The notes under the pieces: model-generated | Seen by the model: the letters and a program-made list of their open reading frames with translations, nothing else | Database searches by the model: none | What the model was told of the DNA's origin: nothing | Part shown: positions 1 to 12,903 of the stretch, one piece after another | Numbering within the stretch: position 1 is the stretch's first letter | Layout: every line of letters begins with the position of its first letter | Made by a program: the position numbers and the translations under genes | Assembly (NCBI GenBank): GCA_951406725.2 | Contig: OX597818.1 | Coordinates: 117,552,001-117,616,000 of the forward strand | Origin: Octopus vulgaris | Taxonomy: Eukaryota | Direction: 5' to 3' | Length of the DNA stretch: 64,000 nt

Positions 1-13
1 GGTTGTCGAACGG

Positions 14-210
14 TCATTGGTGACAAATATAGGTGTATGAACAACAAGCAAGTACATTAGTTTGACGCTCGAGAAAATTAGAATGTCTTTTACGTTTCGA
101 GCCTACGCTCTCAAAAAAAAAAGTATTAAATAAAATAAAGGAATAAGTGAAATAAATAGGGAGAACGGAAAACGTTATAGATTTCAGCGGTCCAGCATGG
201 CAAAAATCAT
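14..210 (-). mobile_element. Penelope-like/retrozyme-type repeat fragment with broken hammerhead half
   Basis: Minus strand has GAG-CGTAGG-CTC-GAAACGT (stem II + GAAA). The same segment occurs at 27086-27121. The CTGANGA part is lost here. Abuts (TA)n. Confidence 0.45.
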
Positions 211-212
211 AT

Positions 213-285
<73 letters not shown>

Positions 286-289
286 TGAT

Positions 290-321
<32 letters not shown>

Positions 322-511
322 CAATAATAAATCTCTGAACGAGATGTAAACAGTAACCGCTCGACAATGTAAAGTATAATAGCCATCTCAATATGGCTAA
401 CCACAAACGGTGGGTGTCACTGTAGCTTTTAGCCCCAGGAGATCATCGTCTCCATCTGGCTTTAGGCACAATATCTGTGCCCTTATGGTATTTGCAAATA
501 TAGATATATAA

Positions 512-1384
512 TTTAATAAATAAAATATATGCATACATACATACATATATGTACGTACCTACATCTACATGTATCTATACATGCATATATATATATATGA
601 GTACAGGACAACACAAATAGACGTAGAACTCAACGAGAACGAAAACGTAAAAACAAACATGGAAACGGACTTTTTTTAACAACGAAAAAACAGAGTACAA
701 GACAAACAATACAAGGAATATTCCCCTCCATCAGCTGTCCCTAGTTCGACTCCAAGCGTGTTTCGAAGGTAAGGACAGAACACGACCCGTCGAACCAGCC
801 CTTCCTGCGAAAGAATTAAATAAAATTCCTTTGCAGAGGGGTAAAAGCAAGGAGAAAATGTGACAAGAACTGGACGTAAAAGCCATACGAATTAAAATAC
901 AAAAAAAAAACAAATACAAAATAAAAATACAAATACAAAAAAATACAGTACAAATAAAGAATAAAATCGGGACAAAAAACCAACATCGAGGGCCTATTTT
1001 TAGCCTAGACGAGGAAAATTCAAGAGCTCAGGAAAAAAGCATGTTCACTTGTAGAAGGCCGCCGGCGAAAGTAAGTGGTCGACTCGGCTGTGAGAGAGAT
1101 GGGGAGGAGTGGGAGAGAGAGATAGAGAGGGAAGGAAACCAGAAGGGATGAAAAATAAGGAGAGAGACAGGCAAAGAGGAAGACAGACAGGAAGGAAGGG
1201 AAGGTCAAGCAAAAGGTTACAGAGTTTCGCGTCATAATTATATATAAAAACTTACTTGGAAAATAGAAAAGAAACGAAACGACGCGAGGGCGCTCAGTCA
1301 TGTAATAATTTAATAAATAAAATACATGCATACATACATATATGTACGTACCTATATCTACATGTATATATATATACCTGCATG
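512..1384. repeat. ~75-bp direct repeat pair (512-585 and 1309-1384) bounding a probable Penelope-like non-autonomous unit
   Basis: TTTAATAAATAAAAT..GCATACATACATATATGTACGTACCTA(C/T)ATCTACATGTAT is present at both positions. The Penelope assignment is inference. Confidence 0.4.
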
Positions 1385-1619
1385 AATACAAAGTCTAGTT
1401 GTACTGAGAATGTTGGTGGGAAATATTGCTAGGTTTGTAGGTTTGTAACGAACAAGATCAATTTATGTACTCATCGCTGTGCATGACTGTGGAAGCATAC
1501 AGAATGATGAATAAATTACCCAGAAATCATTTTGTTTAAATTGCTGCAAACGAAAGAAATACAAACTGGTTCGATTCAATTCTCAATTTGTATTACCCTG
1601 CACACACACACACACACAC

Positions 1620-1666
<47 letters not shown>

Positions 1667-1748
1667 GTGTGTGTATGTGTATCTAAATTCAGGGTGTAGA
1701 ACAAGTAAAATGTGTGTTCGTTTGTAGGTATATATAATAATAATAATA

Positions 1749-1790
<42 letters not shown>

Positions 1791-1897
1791 TATTCCAAAC
1801 TTACAGGGAAAAATTCAATCTTTCTATAATATGTAATTTTCTGGATGGTGTAATTTAATTTTTCATTATTGAAGTGATAAAAGGTGGCTTTTTTCTA

Positions 1898-1950
<53 letters not shown>

Positions 1951-2371
1951 CTGCACTACAATATGCATATTTTATCCTTAAATTGAAGTTTGTTTTCTTG
2001 ACACTAAACGATGATTTTAAAGTCATTAAAACAGAAAATAATACAAAAAACAAAAACAAAAATGGTCGCCAGTATTGGAGAGTGATTCATTTGAGACGAG
2101 AAAATATGACAGACAATCTATCATCCACACAAATCAATTATTACCTTCTACTGGGAATTGATTCAATAAGATTCGTTTTTTTTTTTATTTTATGGATGGG
2201 TATAGGTTATAATATTTTGGTTTTGTTATGATATTTGATCGTTGTTTTGGAATTGTTAATATTTGCGTGAAATGAAGTTGGTTTGAATAATGTAACGATC
2301 GGTAGAATGCCGCTCATATAACACATTCAAGCAGTTTTGTAACATTCCTACACTCTGTATATACGTTATAT

Positions 2372-2794
2372 CCTTTACTTGTTTCAGTCATTATTCTACG
2401 GCCATACTGTGGCACCGCCGAGAAGGATATTTAATTGAATGAACCGAACCCAGTACTTAATTTTTTAAAAACTTGATATTTATATTATCGTTCTCTTTTG
2501 CCGAATTGCTAAGTCCCAATGACGCAAACAGACCACCAATGTTTGTCAAACGGTGAAAGGGAACAAAGACGCAAAGACGTACAGTCATGCAAGCACACAT
2601 ACACACACACTCATACATACACACAAGTATACATACACGACGGGCTTCTTTCAACTTTCGTCTACCAAATCCACTCACAAGGCTTTGGACGGCCCTTGGA
2701 TATAGTAGAAGACACTTGCACAAGGGGACATACACTGTGACTAAACCCTGAACCATGTGGCTGGGAAGCAAGCCTCTATCACTCAGCCACGCCT
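2372..2794 (-). mobile_element. SINE family A (tRNA-like head, CORE-like CCTTGGGCAAGTGTCTT segment, LINE-derived tail)
   Basis: Aligns by eye along its length with copies at 21116, 55469 and 60223. Confidence 0.85.
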
Positions 2795-2861
2795 GGAATA
2801 TTCCGCAGCTATGAATAAGAACGTGTATCAGACGAACAACGGAATGCTTATAATTAAAAAA

Positions 2862-3243
2862 CTGGCAGAAACGCTAGCACGCCGGGCGAAATGCGTAGCC
2901 GTATTTCGTCTACCGTTACGTTTTGAGTTCAAATTCCGCCGAGGTTGACTTTGCCTTTCGTACTTTCGGGGTCGATTAAATAAGTACCAGTTACGCACTG
3001 GTTCGATATAATCGACTTAATCCGTTTGTCTGTCCTTGTTTGTCCTCTCTGTGTTTAGCTCCTTGTGGGCAATAAAGAAATAGGTATCTTGTCTGTATTT
3101 ACGTTGAGTTCAAATTCCACCGAGGTCGACTTTGCCTTTTATCTTTTCGGGGTTGATAAATTAAGCACCAATTGCGTACTGGCTTCGATCTAATCGATTA
3201 ACCCTCTCCCTCAAAATTTCGGGCCTTGTACCTAGAGTAGAAG
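2862..3243 (+). mobile_element. SINE family B, tandem partial dimer
   Basis: GAGTTCAAATTCC B-box followed by GAGGTCGACTTTGCCTTTCATCCTTTCGGGGTCGATAAATTAAGTACC-like domain, repeated twice. The domain resembles the Meta/MESC-type SINE central domain (from memory). Confidence 0.85.
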
Positions 3244-3924
3244 TGGAATGTCTGTAATTAAATATATCGGTAACGCTTATGTTTTGTGACCTCGTAACAT
3301 AAATTTTAGGCGAATCAACAGATTGCCTGATTCTTAATCTTTGAATTAATGATAAAACTTGGTTCTTTTATACTTCTGTATTTTTCTGTTATATTTGCTG
3401 GCGACGGTGTCATAGATGAAACGCTAAATCCCAGCAGTAAAATGATTTACAATATTCTATCTCACACATTCATTAAAAAATCCTGTCAATGCGAACCAAC
3501 GTGAGGTTCCACTGTCATTTTATTCAACTCTCTCATTATTACAAGTTGTCTGGCTTTGATCTTACGCTGCAAAATATCATCGTCATTCATAATGGAAACT
3601 AAATCACTCGAAACCATAAAATACCAGATAATGGATTTTGAAGTGCATCAATTTGTCCTGAATTAAATTCTTTCCGGAGCAAGCTTTTTATCTCATCCAG
3701 ATTAAATTAAATTAAATTATTTTAATATTGAATATATTCACGAATATACTGTTTTGATCGCCTGTTTGCGTGTGGAAACACGACATTGAGTTTGTAGCTT
3801 AACACAAAATGAAGCTAAAGTGTTTTGTTACTTATCTAAGTATATTGAAAATTCATTTTTTTTTTTAGATAACAATATCTAACCGGCTTACAAAGTTTGA
3901 TCTTTAGCTTTATCTAACATAATT

Positions 3925-4070
3925 AGACATTATTTACATTTGACGGATATTTGTCCTCATCTTCTTCGTTGTCAACACAACCTTTCGGCTGATATACCTC
4001 CACCCCAGCCTTCATCAGTTGTCTTGGAGAAATTTCGAACCTGGGCTCTCATTTCTAAGGTATTTTTCGA

Positions 4071-4137
<67 letters not shown>

Positions 4138-4315
4138 ATCACTGCCTGGAATCGAACCCGGAATCTTAGGGTTAGTAGCCCGTGCTCTTAACCTATACGC
4201 CATATGCCCATGGCCGAAACGTTGTGTTAACAACAAACAGGATGAGGTCAAATATCCGTTAAATGCAAATAATGTAAATAATGTACATAATTCCTTATCT
4301 CTTAATTAAAAAACT
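3925..4315 (-). mobile_element. Composite element: tRNA-like head (4203-4135) + (AAT)n + hammerhead + tail, with inverted partial tail copy at 4213-4315
   Basis: Minus strand GGCGTATAGGTTAAGAGC..GGGTTCGATTCC (A/B boxes), then (AAT)n, then CTGATGA..GAAA. 4213-4275 is the reverse complement of 3925-3989. Second copy at 31566-31833. Confidence 0.75.
3974..4023 (-). ncRNA. Minimal type-I hammerhead ribozyme motif (slightly decayed)
   Basis: gacaa-CTGATGA-a-ggctg[loop]cagcc-GAAA-ggtt-gtgtt. The nearby inverted copy reads GCCGAAACGTTGTGTT, with palindromic stem III AACGTT. Confidence 0.65.
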
Positions 4316-5942
4316 AAGATAATTATGTTTGCTTTATATTTGGGTTGAAAAGTATTTCGTGCTCATGTAATTTGAGATTCTTTTTAGGGATAGGATCCTT
4401 CTTAAAATGGGTTATAAATTATTTGTTCTTAATGAGTTGAGAAAGGAAAGAAATGCGCATGAACTTGGCAAGACTTCTAAGAGTGATCAGAGTTACACAG
4501 GTGGTGCCATTTTTTTTCTGAATTTGTACATACCGTTGCCTACAGAGGGAAGTAAAATAAGAGAATGTGATTGCGATATAGTGGCTCAATGTCAAAACGG
4601 CCAAAAGGCAAGGCGGCGGCATTAATTTTGTTGACTTATAAAGTCACATGCACTCTGACTTCAACGGATAAATTTAACTTTTACCTCGTTTATCACAATA
4701 AATGCTAAGGAAAAGCGCATTTATGTCCGAACAGTGATTCTTTCCGATATTCTATTTCAGATGCGGTGTACTTACTGAAAATGTAATCAAAGCTTGAAAT
4801 TTAGCTGATGTGCATAAATGCTAAATCCAAGGTTACTATTCTGGCTTCATTCTGCCGATAAAATTGATTAAAATAGCTCAACTTTACCCGAAATGCCCTG
4901 GACTATCATAAATAGCTATATACACTGATTAAAAGCTATCATGATTTGGTTATTTTGGTTCTCTCCCTGATCACAAGTTTTGGCGTATTCGACAGGTACA
5001 AGCGGTTCCAATTACCGACATAAGTGCACAATGAAGCTTAAATATGTATGTGTTTATTTATCTTAAGGTGAGTCATTTCATGGACTCAGGAGAAAGAAAA
5101 ACAAGATTTACTACTGTGAAGTTTATAATTTTGTTTGATATATGTATTTGGCAACGATACTTGAAGAGAAATAGATAGCTAGCAGGGGAAGAAAACAACA
5201 GACGAACAGATCACTTCTCACAGACACATTATAAAGAGTACAGAAAATATACATATATATATATGCACACATACTTAAAACTATGGCCCCCACCAACATC
5301 GCCATACACATAAGCATATGCATATATGTGTCTGTGTGTGTGTACACAGATATATGTATATGCATATATAAACATGTATGAGGAAAGGAAGGAAAAGAAA
5401 AATGTTAGTGCAAAAGGAAAGAGATAAGTAGACGAAGAGAAAATCTGGCTGTATTCAAATGCAGACATTAAAATGACTAATATTTGATTGATTTATGATC
5501 TAGACAATAAAAAGTTCAAAAAGGCGCAAGTAGATTCAATGGTAGATTAACATTAAGCTATCTCTACATCTAACTTTAATCATTATTATATATTATCCGC
5601 CATTTTGGAGTAAGATACATTTCGCTTCTCACTAATATTTTATTGTTTAAATTGTTATTGTTGCTGTTGTTATTACCGTGGCAGCAGATGAAGCTGTTGC
5701 TAGTGCTGCTGTTGCTAAGCCTGATATCGTCCCTCAATATCTTGTCTCTGATAAAAGGATTTCCACATGTAAACATCCAACTCTTTCACGAAAATTGTGT
5801 TAGTTGAACTACATAAAACCTCCCCTTTTCCGGTATGGCCCTCTCATTTCTAGACAGGAGATTTCAATGTGAACATAATTGATCTACTTCATATCGAGAT
5901 GGTCAAAGACTACGTAGAAGTACTTTTTTCCCGGTGGACATC

Positions 5943-5985
<43 letters not shown>

Positions 5986-5988
<3 letters not shown>

Positions 5989-6285
5989 CGGAGACCCCCT
6001 TCAGTCATGACTGACCATGGGATTGTACCTTGGAAGTTACTCTCCGAGGCACAAGTCCGGGCAAGGTTGTTTATGGAAGACCAGCAGTCGCCAATGCATA
6101 CCGGCCTCCCTCCACGGCACCAGTGTTATCCTAGGGAAAGGAAAACCCCTATACAGCTTGGCACCTGTGACGACGCAATTCATTTCTACAGCTGAGTGAA
6201 CTGGAGTAACGTGAAATAAAGTGTCTTGCTCAAGAACACAACACGCAGTCCGGTCTGGAATTCGAAATCACAACCTCACGATCAT
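5986..6285 (-). mobile_element. SINE family C head with alternative tail (tail Y)
   Basis: 6192-6285 matches the reverse complement of the family C head (GTGTT/CCTTGAGCAAGACACTTTATTTCACGTT). 5986-6190 is unrelated to the tail seen at 33551 and 53578. Confidence 0.7.
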
Positions 6286-7944
6286 AAATTACGAAGAAAT
6301 ACAAAAGTGACCCTCAGGAATTTTCATCCATTCAGCATATTGTCGAGAATAATTTTTGCCTCTTTATTATTGTGACACATTTTACTTATCACAATTGTTT
6401 AATCAATAACGGAGTGGTTGTTTTAATACATTTTTGATACAGGTATTTTTTTCTGCCTAGCCATTTAGTAGGTCACTGTCAATGACCGTTTTCCGGCATT
6501 CGAGACTTGTTAGATTGTAGTATGAATGTATTTTCAAATTGAGAACCCGTCCCGAATGCTTGTAACTGATCAAACTGCCATAAAGAAACTGAACGAGTAC
6601 TGCAAGCAATCTCTCTCGATGATCTAACAGTGACGTTAGTCCAAAACCTTAGAACAGTGACTCAATATTTTCAGTATTTGGGCCAGATCCAAAATTTCAA
6701 TTTTTTCATGAGGCCGCACCAAAATGGTAAAAAACGAGTCAATTAAAGAAAAAAATTATTATATTTATTGAGGGAAGACTGTGGCGCTGGGAGCTGCGGT
6801 TGGGAAACGTTGCTTTAGAATGTTCCTTCGTTTAACGAACTCGTGAGTATTAAAGGACTTGACCTATGTTGATTATTAACTCAAAATGTAAGAAAGCGGA
6901 ATAAATACTGCAAGGCACTTAATCCGATGCTTTAATACATTGTTCATTCTCCGCCTGGTTGAGTTCTACTGATTGGAACAACGTAGTATTATTTTCAAAG
7001 AATCAAACACAATAGGTAAATAATGGATGCCTAAGAGATCCAACTCTTTATTTCCGAATTCACAACTGCGTTATTAAAAACCGGTTTCCACTGAAATATT
7101 ATTTTGATGAATCGAGAGAAAATTCTATATTTGTAAACGAAGCTTTTCAGAAGTTTTATTGCTTCAGAATTTTTAAATACAGAAAATGATAGTATAGTAT
7201 TTAGACTGTCATTAGAATTTGTCGAAAAGAAGCAAAGAATTGGCGAAGTAACAAGAATGGATGAAAGAGAAAAGTAACGGAAAACAGAAATCAAAAGTTA
7301 AAACTGCCTCACAACTTGCTAGCGGAAGTTATTGATTAGAAGACTACAAAGTAACATTGCTTTGGTGACATGAAAATATGATGTAGACATGGGTAGCTTG
7401 TAAAACAGTACAGACTGATTCTCATTGGTTTTTAGTGATATTAACAGTCATGCTTCAAAGATGAAAGAGATCCGAAATCATTATAAGTAAAACGACGGAA
7501 ATGACTTTAGTGACAAGATGTTGGCAATGATTGCTGAAACGTTCAGGTCTGGAAAATTCAGGAAGGAAAGGAACAATGTTATGAAAGTAAAGAAAGCTAC
7601 ATCAAGCTAAAGAATGGGGGAAATGAATAAACGATGTTTGAGAAGATCGAAGAAAGTAAGGAAGAGAAGAAAATAGAACAGAATGTAAATGTACTGAAGG
7701 GAAAGAAATGTGAAAGAGAGGTGTGTTGAAGACAGTGGAGGGAAGAACATATAAATTCACGAAAGGAAGTGAGAAACAAAAGCGATCGCAAATGATCGAG
7801 GGCAGGAAAGAGTCAAAGGCGCGGAAATTAAAAAGAGAAACTGAACAAATTGATGCAAATTAAATGTCAAAAAAGAATTACATTAAAGAAATGAAAAGTT
7901 ATTATAAGCCAAATAAGATGGAATTAAACCACCCGCTAGATATT

Positions 7945-8373
7945 GATTTCTACTCTACGCACTAGACCCGAAATTTTTGGGGTGGGGCCAGTCGAATAGT
8001 CCGATCTCAGTACGCAACTGGTACTTAATTTATCGACCCCGAAAGGATGAAAGGCAAAGTTGACCTCGGCGGAATTTGAACTCAGAACATAAAGACAGAA
8101 GAAATACTGCTAAGCATTTCGCTCCGCATACTGAGGTTTCTTATTTCTTTATTGCCCACAAGGGGCTAAACATAGAGGGGACAAACAAGGGCAGACAAAG
8201 GGATTAAATCGATTACATCAACTCCAGTGCGTAACTGGTACTTAATTTATCAACCCCGAAAGTATGGAAGGCAAAGTCGACCTCGGCAGAATTTGAACTC
8301 AGAACACAAAGACAGACGAAATACTGCTAAGCATTTCGCTCGGCATGCTAACGTTTCTGCCAGCTCGCTGCCT
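7945..8373 (-). mobile_element. SINE family B, tandem partial dimer
   Basis: Reverse complement of the 2862 and 20181 copies, including the GGCAGCGAGCTGGCAGAAACGTTAGC head. Confidence 0.85.
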
Positions 8374-9821
8374 TCCCACCCGTTAAATATTGATAGAATA
8401 AATTTCTAAAGCCATATAGAAATATAATGTTTGTTCTTCTGCCTGCCAAATGAAATTGTCGTAAAATATTTCCGAATTAATTCAACTCTTCTCGAAATAT
8501 TTTCTCTACTAACTTCATCCTGCTCGTATGATACTACGTAAAAGAGCGAATATGATTCTGATACTATCCCCGATTTTTGAAAAAATAAAATATGAAAATA
8601 AAATAAAAGAAAATGAATGCGGTGTAGAATGTAGCACTTACCAAACTTTGGATTAAGATGGGTCATAATTAAACGGAGTGATTGTTTTCAGAAACTATGT
8701 TGTTACTTAGCAAGAACTACCATAATCAAAGCTAAAATCAATGGTTCTGAACCATGTCACTGCTTGCTTGTTTAATATGAAATATTTTATATAGGGTTAC
8801 TTTATCCATTGTGTTCTCCTTGCATCAAGATAAAAGTGCTGAATTAGTGATTTGGCTAAAATTTCCAGGAAATTGATTAAGACGAACTACTATTCCTATT
8901 TGGTCACATTCGGTGATTAAGAAGGAGATAAGATCAAAAATCCCCTGTGGCCTTTTCCAACAGTGGAAACGAAACGCTATTTTGTCATGAAGCGGTTGCA
9001 TTGGTGAGGGGCATAGCAAATGAGACGAAGACTAGTGAGATAGTGAATCTCAAACTAAGAGACTCGTTAATACTTCGCTTATAAACCGGGGAAAGAAAGG
9101 GAAAAAAATGCTGTTCGCGTATCCTGTAACATTGTTCGTACTCTTAGGAAATATTGTAGATAAAATAATGAAGGCAGATGGAGCATTAGTCAGTCAATAG
9201 TACGAGGAACGTGGACAATCAGACTAAGATGCGACTATTGCAAATATATTGAATCTACTTAAGCCGTGCCAATTACCAATGTGTTTAGGAAAGAAAGAAT
9301 GGGCTAATAATATCTTGTATTAAAACTACATCTACACAGAAAGACTGGTTGAAGACCAACGCTGGTTCTTTACAGAGTTATAAGGAAAGCGCTTCACTTA
9401 ATACATTTAAGCCCTTAATCACTTTTAGCTAATAAAACACGAGACCTTAATCTCTTTATAATAGTGATAATACGTAATCTTTAAGTCAAGGTTATATAAC
9501 GAGCTAAATGTAAATAGCTAAGTATGGTGATGGCCAAGACATCAACTTAACATATGTTCGGACATACACATAATCTTAGAAACACAAAATGTGTCAATGT
9601 ATGTGTACATACACACACATACATATATACATGTGCGTGTGCTATGAGTGGGTGTTTGTGAACAGAAGAGCTGTGTAAATGAGGTCGCATGCATTGTCGA
9701 GTGTTTAAAACGTTTAGATTGCAGACATGATATGACGAGTTCTATCCGACTATGTTAGATCTCGGAAAAATATGTTTTAACATACGAGTAAGTTCATTTA
9801 ACTCCAAATCTTAAAAAGTGA

Positions 9822-10000
9822 GTATCTTTTCGCTTTGACCTGCAGATTTTAAAAATAATTTCTTTGTAACTAAACATTTTAAAACTATAAACTATAAACT
9901 TATATTTAGAAAGTTATTTCACGTTAAAGTTGTAGTATTTCGGTAATTTCAACCAATCAATGACGTGTGCTCAACTGAAGAAAATTACTGCTGTTTGTCA
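9822..10000 (+). mobile_element. Diverged left end of the MITE family seen at 35680-36104
   Basis: ATCTTTTCGCTTTGACCTGCAGATTTTAAAAATAATTTC..GTAACTAA and ..CAATCAATGACGTGT match the 35680 element. Confidence 0.5.
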
Positions 10001-10794
10001 ACATCCTGGGCTACTGCCGATCATACCTTCCCAAAGTCTGTTTGCACGTGACCGGGAACAACATGTGAACATGTATTCCAACTGAAACTTCGAACATGAT
10101 ATCTAAACCCGAAAAGCTTCGACCGTCGGATGTGGTCGGCATTCGTGAGGGATGCTTTGAACTCGTCCCTCGGTGCTGTCGCAACCCCACCTCAGATAAA
10201 TGCCACTGAAATTACAAGCACAGTAACAATACAATATTCACCGACTTGCATGCTAAGTTAAAGAGCAGATAACACCGTTGATTTAACAGCTGAATGCTCA
10301 TTGTCGAATCTGACGGAGATTCGTAGTAAATCGTCAGAAGTAACTTAAACAAATAACAAATATGTCCTGAAACATTATTTGACTAAAGCCAGCCGTTAAC
10401 CACAACTTACGTAGATATTTCACATCTAACAGAAAATTTGTAATAATTTCATGCAAAACAACCTCAAAAGAAGACATCAAAGAGCACGTAACTATTTCGC
10501 CTCTTTTAACTGTAAAAGCACAAAATATCAACGTATTTTTTGTTTGTGACTGTCATTGTTCAGTTTCAGGCCGGTCCTGATCGAGTAAACCCATGATCAA
10601 AGGCGTTCCAGTATTGACTACTCGGTATTTTGCTATAACACAAACACGCGGTTTAGTTCTAATGCTTTTGACACATTTTCCCCTACCTTTTACACCGCCT
10701 CCCTTCTTTACCTTGATGATAGGATCCTGTGATTTTACAGAGGCTTGGTAGTTATGCCTAGCAATGGCTTCATCATTGGCTCGTGTTTAGCTTT

Positions 10795-11171
10795 GGTGGC
10801 ACTCCGTCGGTTACGACGACGAGGGTTCCAGTTGATCCGATCAACCGAACAGCCTGCTCGTGAACATAACGTGCAAGTGGTTTAGCATTCGATAGACACG
10901 TGTACCCTTAACGTAAGATCCCGGGGAAATTCAGCGTGACACAGAGTGTGACAAGGCTGGCCCTTTGAAATACAGGTTCAGCAGAAACAGAAAGAAAGAG
11001 AAAAAATTGTGGTGAAAGAGTACAGCAGGGTTCGCCACCACCCCCTGCCGGAGCATCGTGGAGCTTTAGGTATTTCCGCTCAATAAACACTCACTACGCC
11101 CGGTCTGGGATCAAAACCGCGATACCACAACCGCGAGTCCGCTGCCCTAACCACTGGGCCATTGCGCCTCC
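10795..11171 (-). mobile_element. SINE family D (tRNA-derived head GGAGGCGCAATGGCCCAGTGGTTAGGGCAGCGGACTCG) with tail X
   Basis: Head matches the 36979 copy. Tail ..CCCTCGTCGTCGTAACCGACGGAGTGCC is shared with family C copies. Confidence 0.85.
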
Positions 11172-11286
11172 ACCGTATTTAGCTTTAGTTTAAACACAAA
11201 TGTTATTCGAGATTCTGTTTAATTTTATATTACACTATCTAAATAAAATGAATATTTTAGTGCTATTTGCGAAACTATTTATATAT

Positions 11287-12824
11287 GTATGATACAGTTT
11301 TGAACTTACATCTCATCATACGTTCCCTAACTAATTCTTCCCTTACATCGATTCATACAATATTCATCTCTTAGAAAGAAGTTGGAAAGAAGAAAAAAGA
11401 GGGGAAGAGACTGTGAGTGTTCATGTCGGTCGTATCTCTGTATTGAACAGTTTCAGGTGCGCAGAATTTTTCTGATCAGTCAGTTTAATTTGGTAGGTTA
11501 AAATGTTCTATTTTTCCCTCACAATTCTTTGCAGAATTATATTCAGCTCCTGAAACTATGGTCAGATAAAAACTGGTAAGATGGTGTCTTTGGGAACGTT
11601 GTATAACAAGTAGGATCCAGAGTGGGTAATCGAACGCGGTAATAACAGCTAAATCTCCCTTGTATTTAACACTACTTCCCAAACTGAAGTAATGTAATTC
11701 CTGATAGGCAGAAGCGTTATATTATATCGTGTGGTCATATTGAGGGACTGATGATTTAAAAAGAATTTAGTTGAACAAATCAACAATACTAATTTCTAAG
11801 TAAGTTTGGTACATAAATTGATACAGTGAAACTCCGACGTCTGGCAGCTGGCTTAGAAGACACACATAAAATTATTAACCATCTTACAAACAATAACTCT
11901 GAGCACCTTTTCAAACTCCATCTGTCTAACACCCGTGAACATGTTTACAAAGTCAGAAAACAGCACAGCTTCCATGACTTTCGGAAACATTTTTTCACGC
12001 TAAGCGTTGCTGAAGTATGGAACAAACTGCCGGCATCAGTTGTTAGTTGTCGGACCACTGCATCCTTCAAAACTTCCATGCTTCCTGAGATACACCTTAT
12101 TTTCTCTCCTCCATACACACGCAAGCATGTATCTGACTCATACACTGTTCACTTCCCAGACATTTGTACATTACTGCATATACTTTATACGCACTTTTGA
12201 CAAGCTGTGGTGCACCTGAGCACTGTATACAATATTTTCATTATTATTATTACTATATTAAATTGAACAGGTAAACTTGCCGAAACGTTAATCTACAAGG
12301 GCATAAACACACCAACACCGGTAGTGAAGCGGATATATTATAGTGAGATTTATATTGGATATTTAACCGGATGTTAGATAATTAATTGTGTGGTTGAGTG
12401 ATAACGTGTGCCGCTATCAAGCATTCGACTTAATATCCAGTATGAATACTTTAGATAAGATTCGGCATTACGGATATTTAATTGTGTACACTTTGATAAA
12501 TTCATCCAGTCTATTGACATATATAAGAATGCATATCATTCTGACTTATGTGTTTTTGACGACTATATTAATACACTCACATGTACATACACACACACAT
12601 GTACGTATATGTATGTATATATACATATATATATATATATGTGTATGTGTGTGTGTATAAATACATCTATCTATCTATCTATATACATATATATATATAA
12701 ATATATATGTATGTATGAATGTATTTATATATATCTGTGTATATATAAATATAAATATAAATATATGCATGTATATATGTATGTATTTATATATATATAT
12801 ATGTCTATATATACATATATATAA

Positions 12825-12903
<79 letters not shown>

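Noticed and set aside
4407-4625. Mariner N-terminal HTH-like peptide (FVLNELRKERNAHE)
   Set aside because: Only a loose short resemblance, with no downstream DD34D motifs or TIRs seen.
5688-5807. 39-aa ORF resembling a signal peptide (MKLLLVLLLLSLISS..)
   Set aside because: The Leu run derives from a degenerate TGT/TGC triplet repeat. Only a weak donor and no downstream exon found.
11436-11571. Hammerhead reading of CTGATCA...GAAACTATGGTC
   Set aside because: The core is CUGAUCA, which breaks the 3-8 pair, and no stem II forms. Better explained as a simple hairpin.
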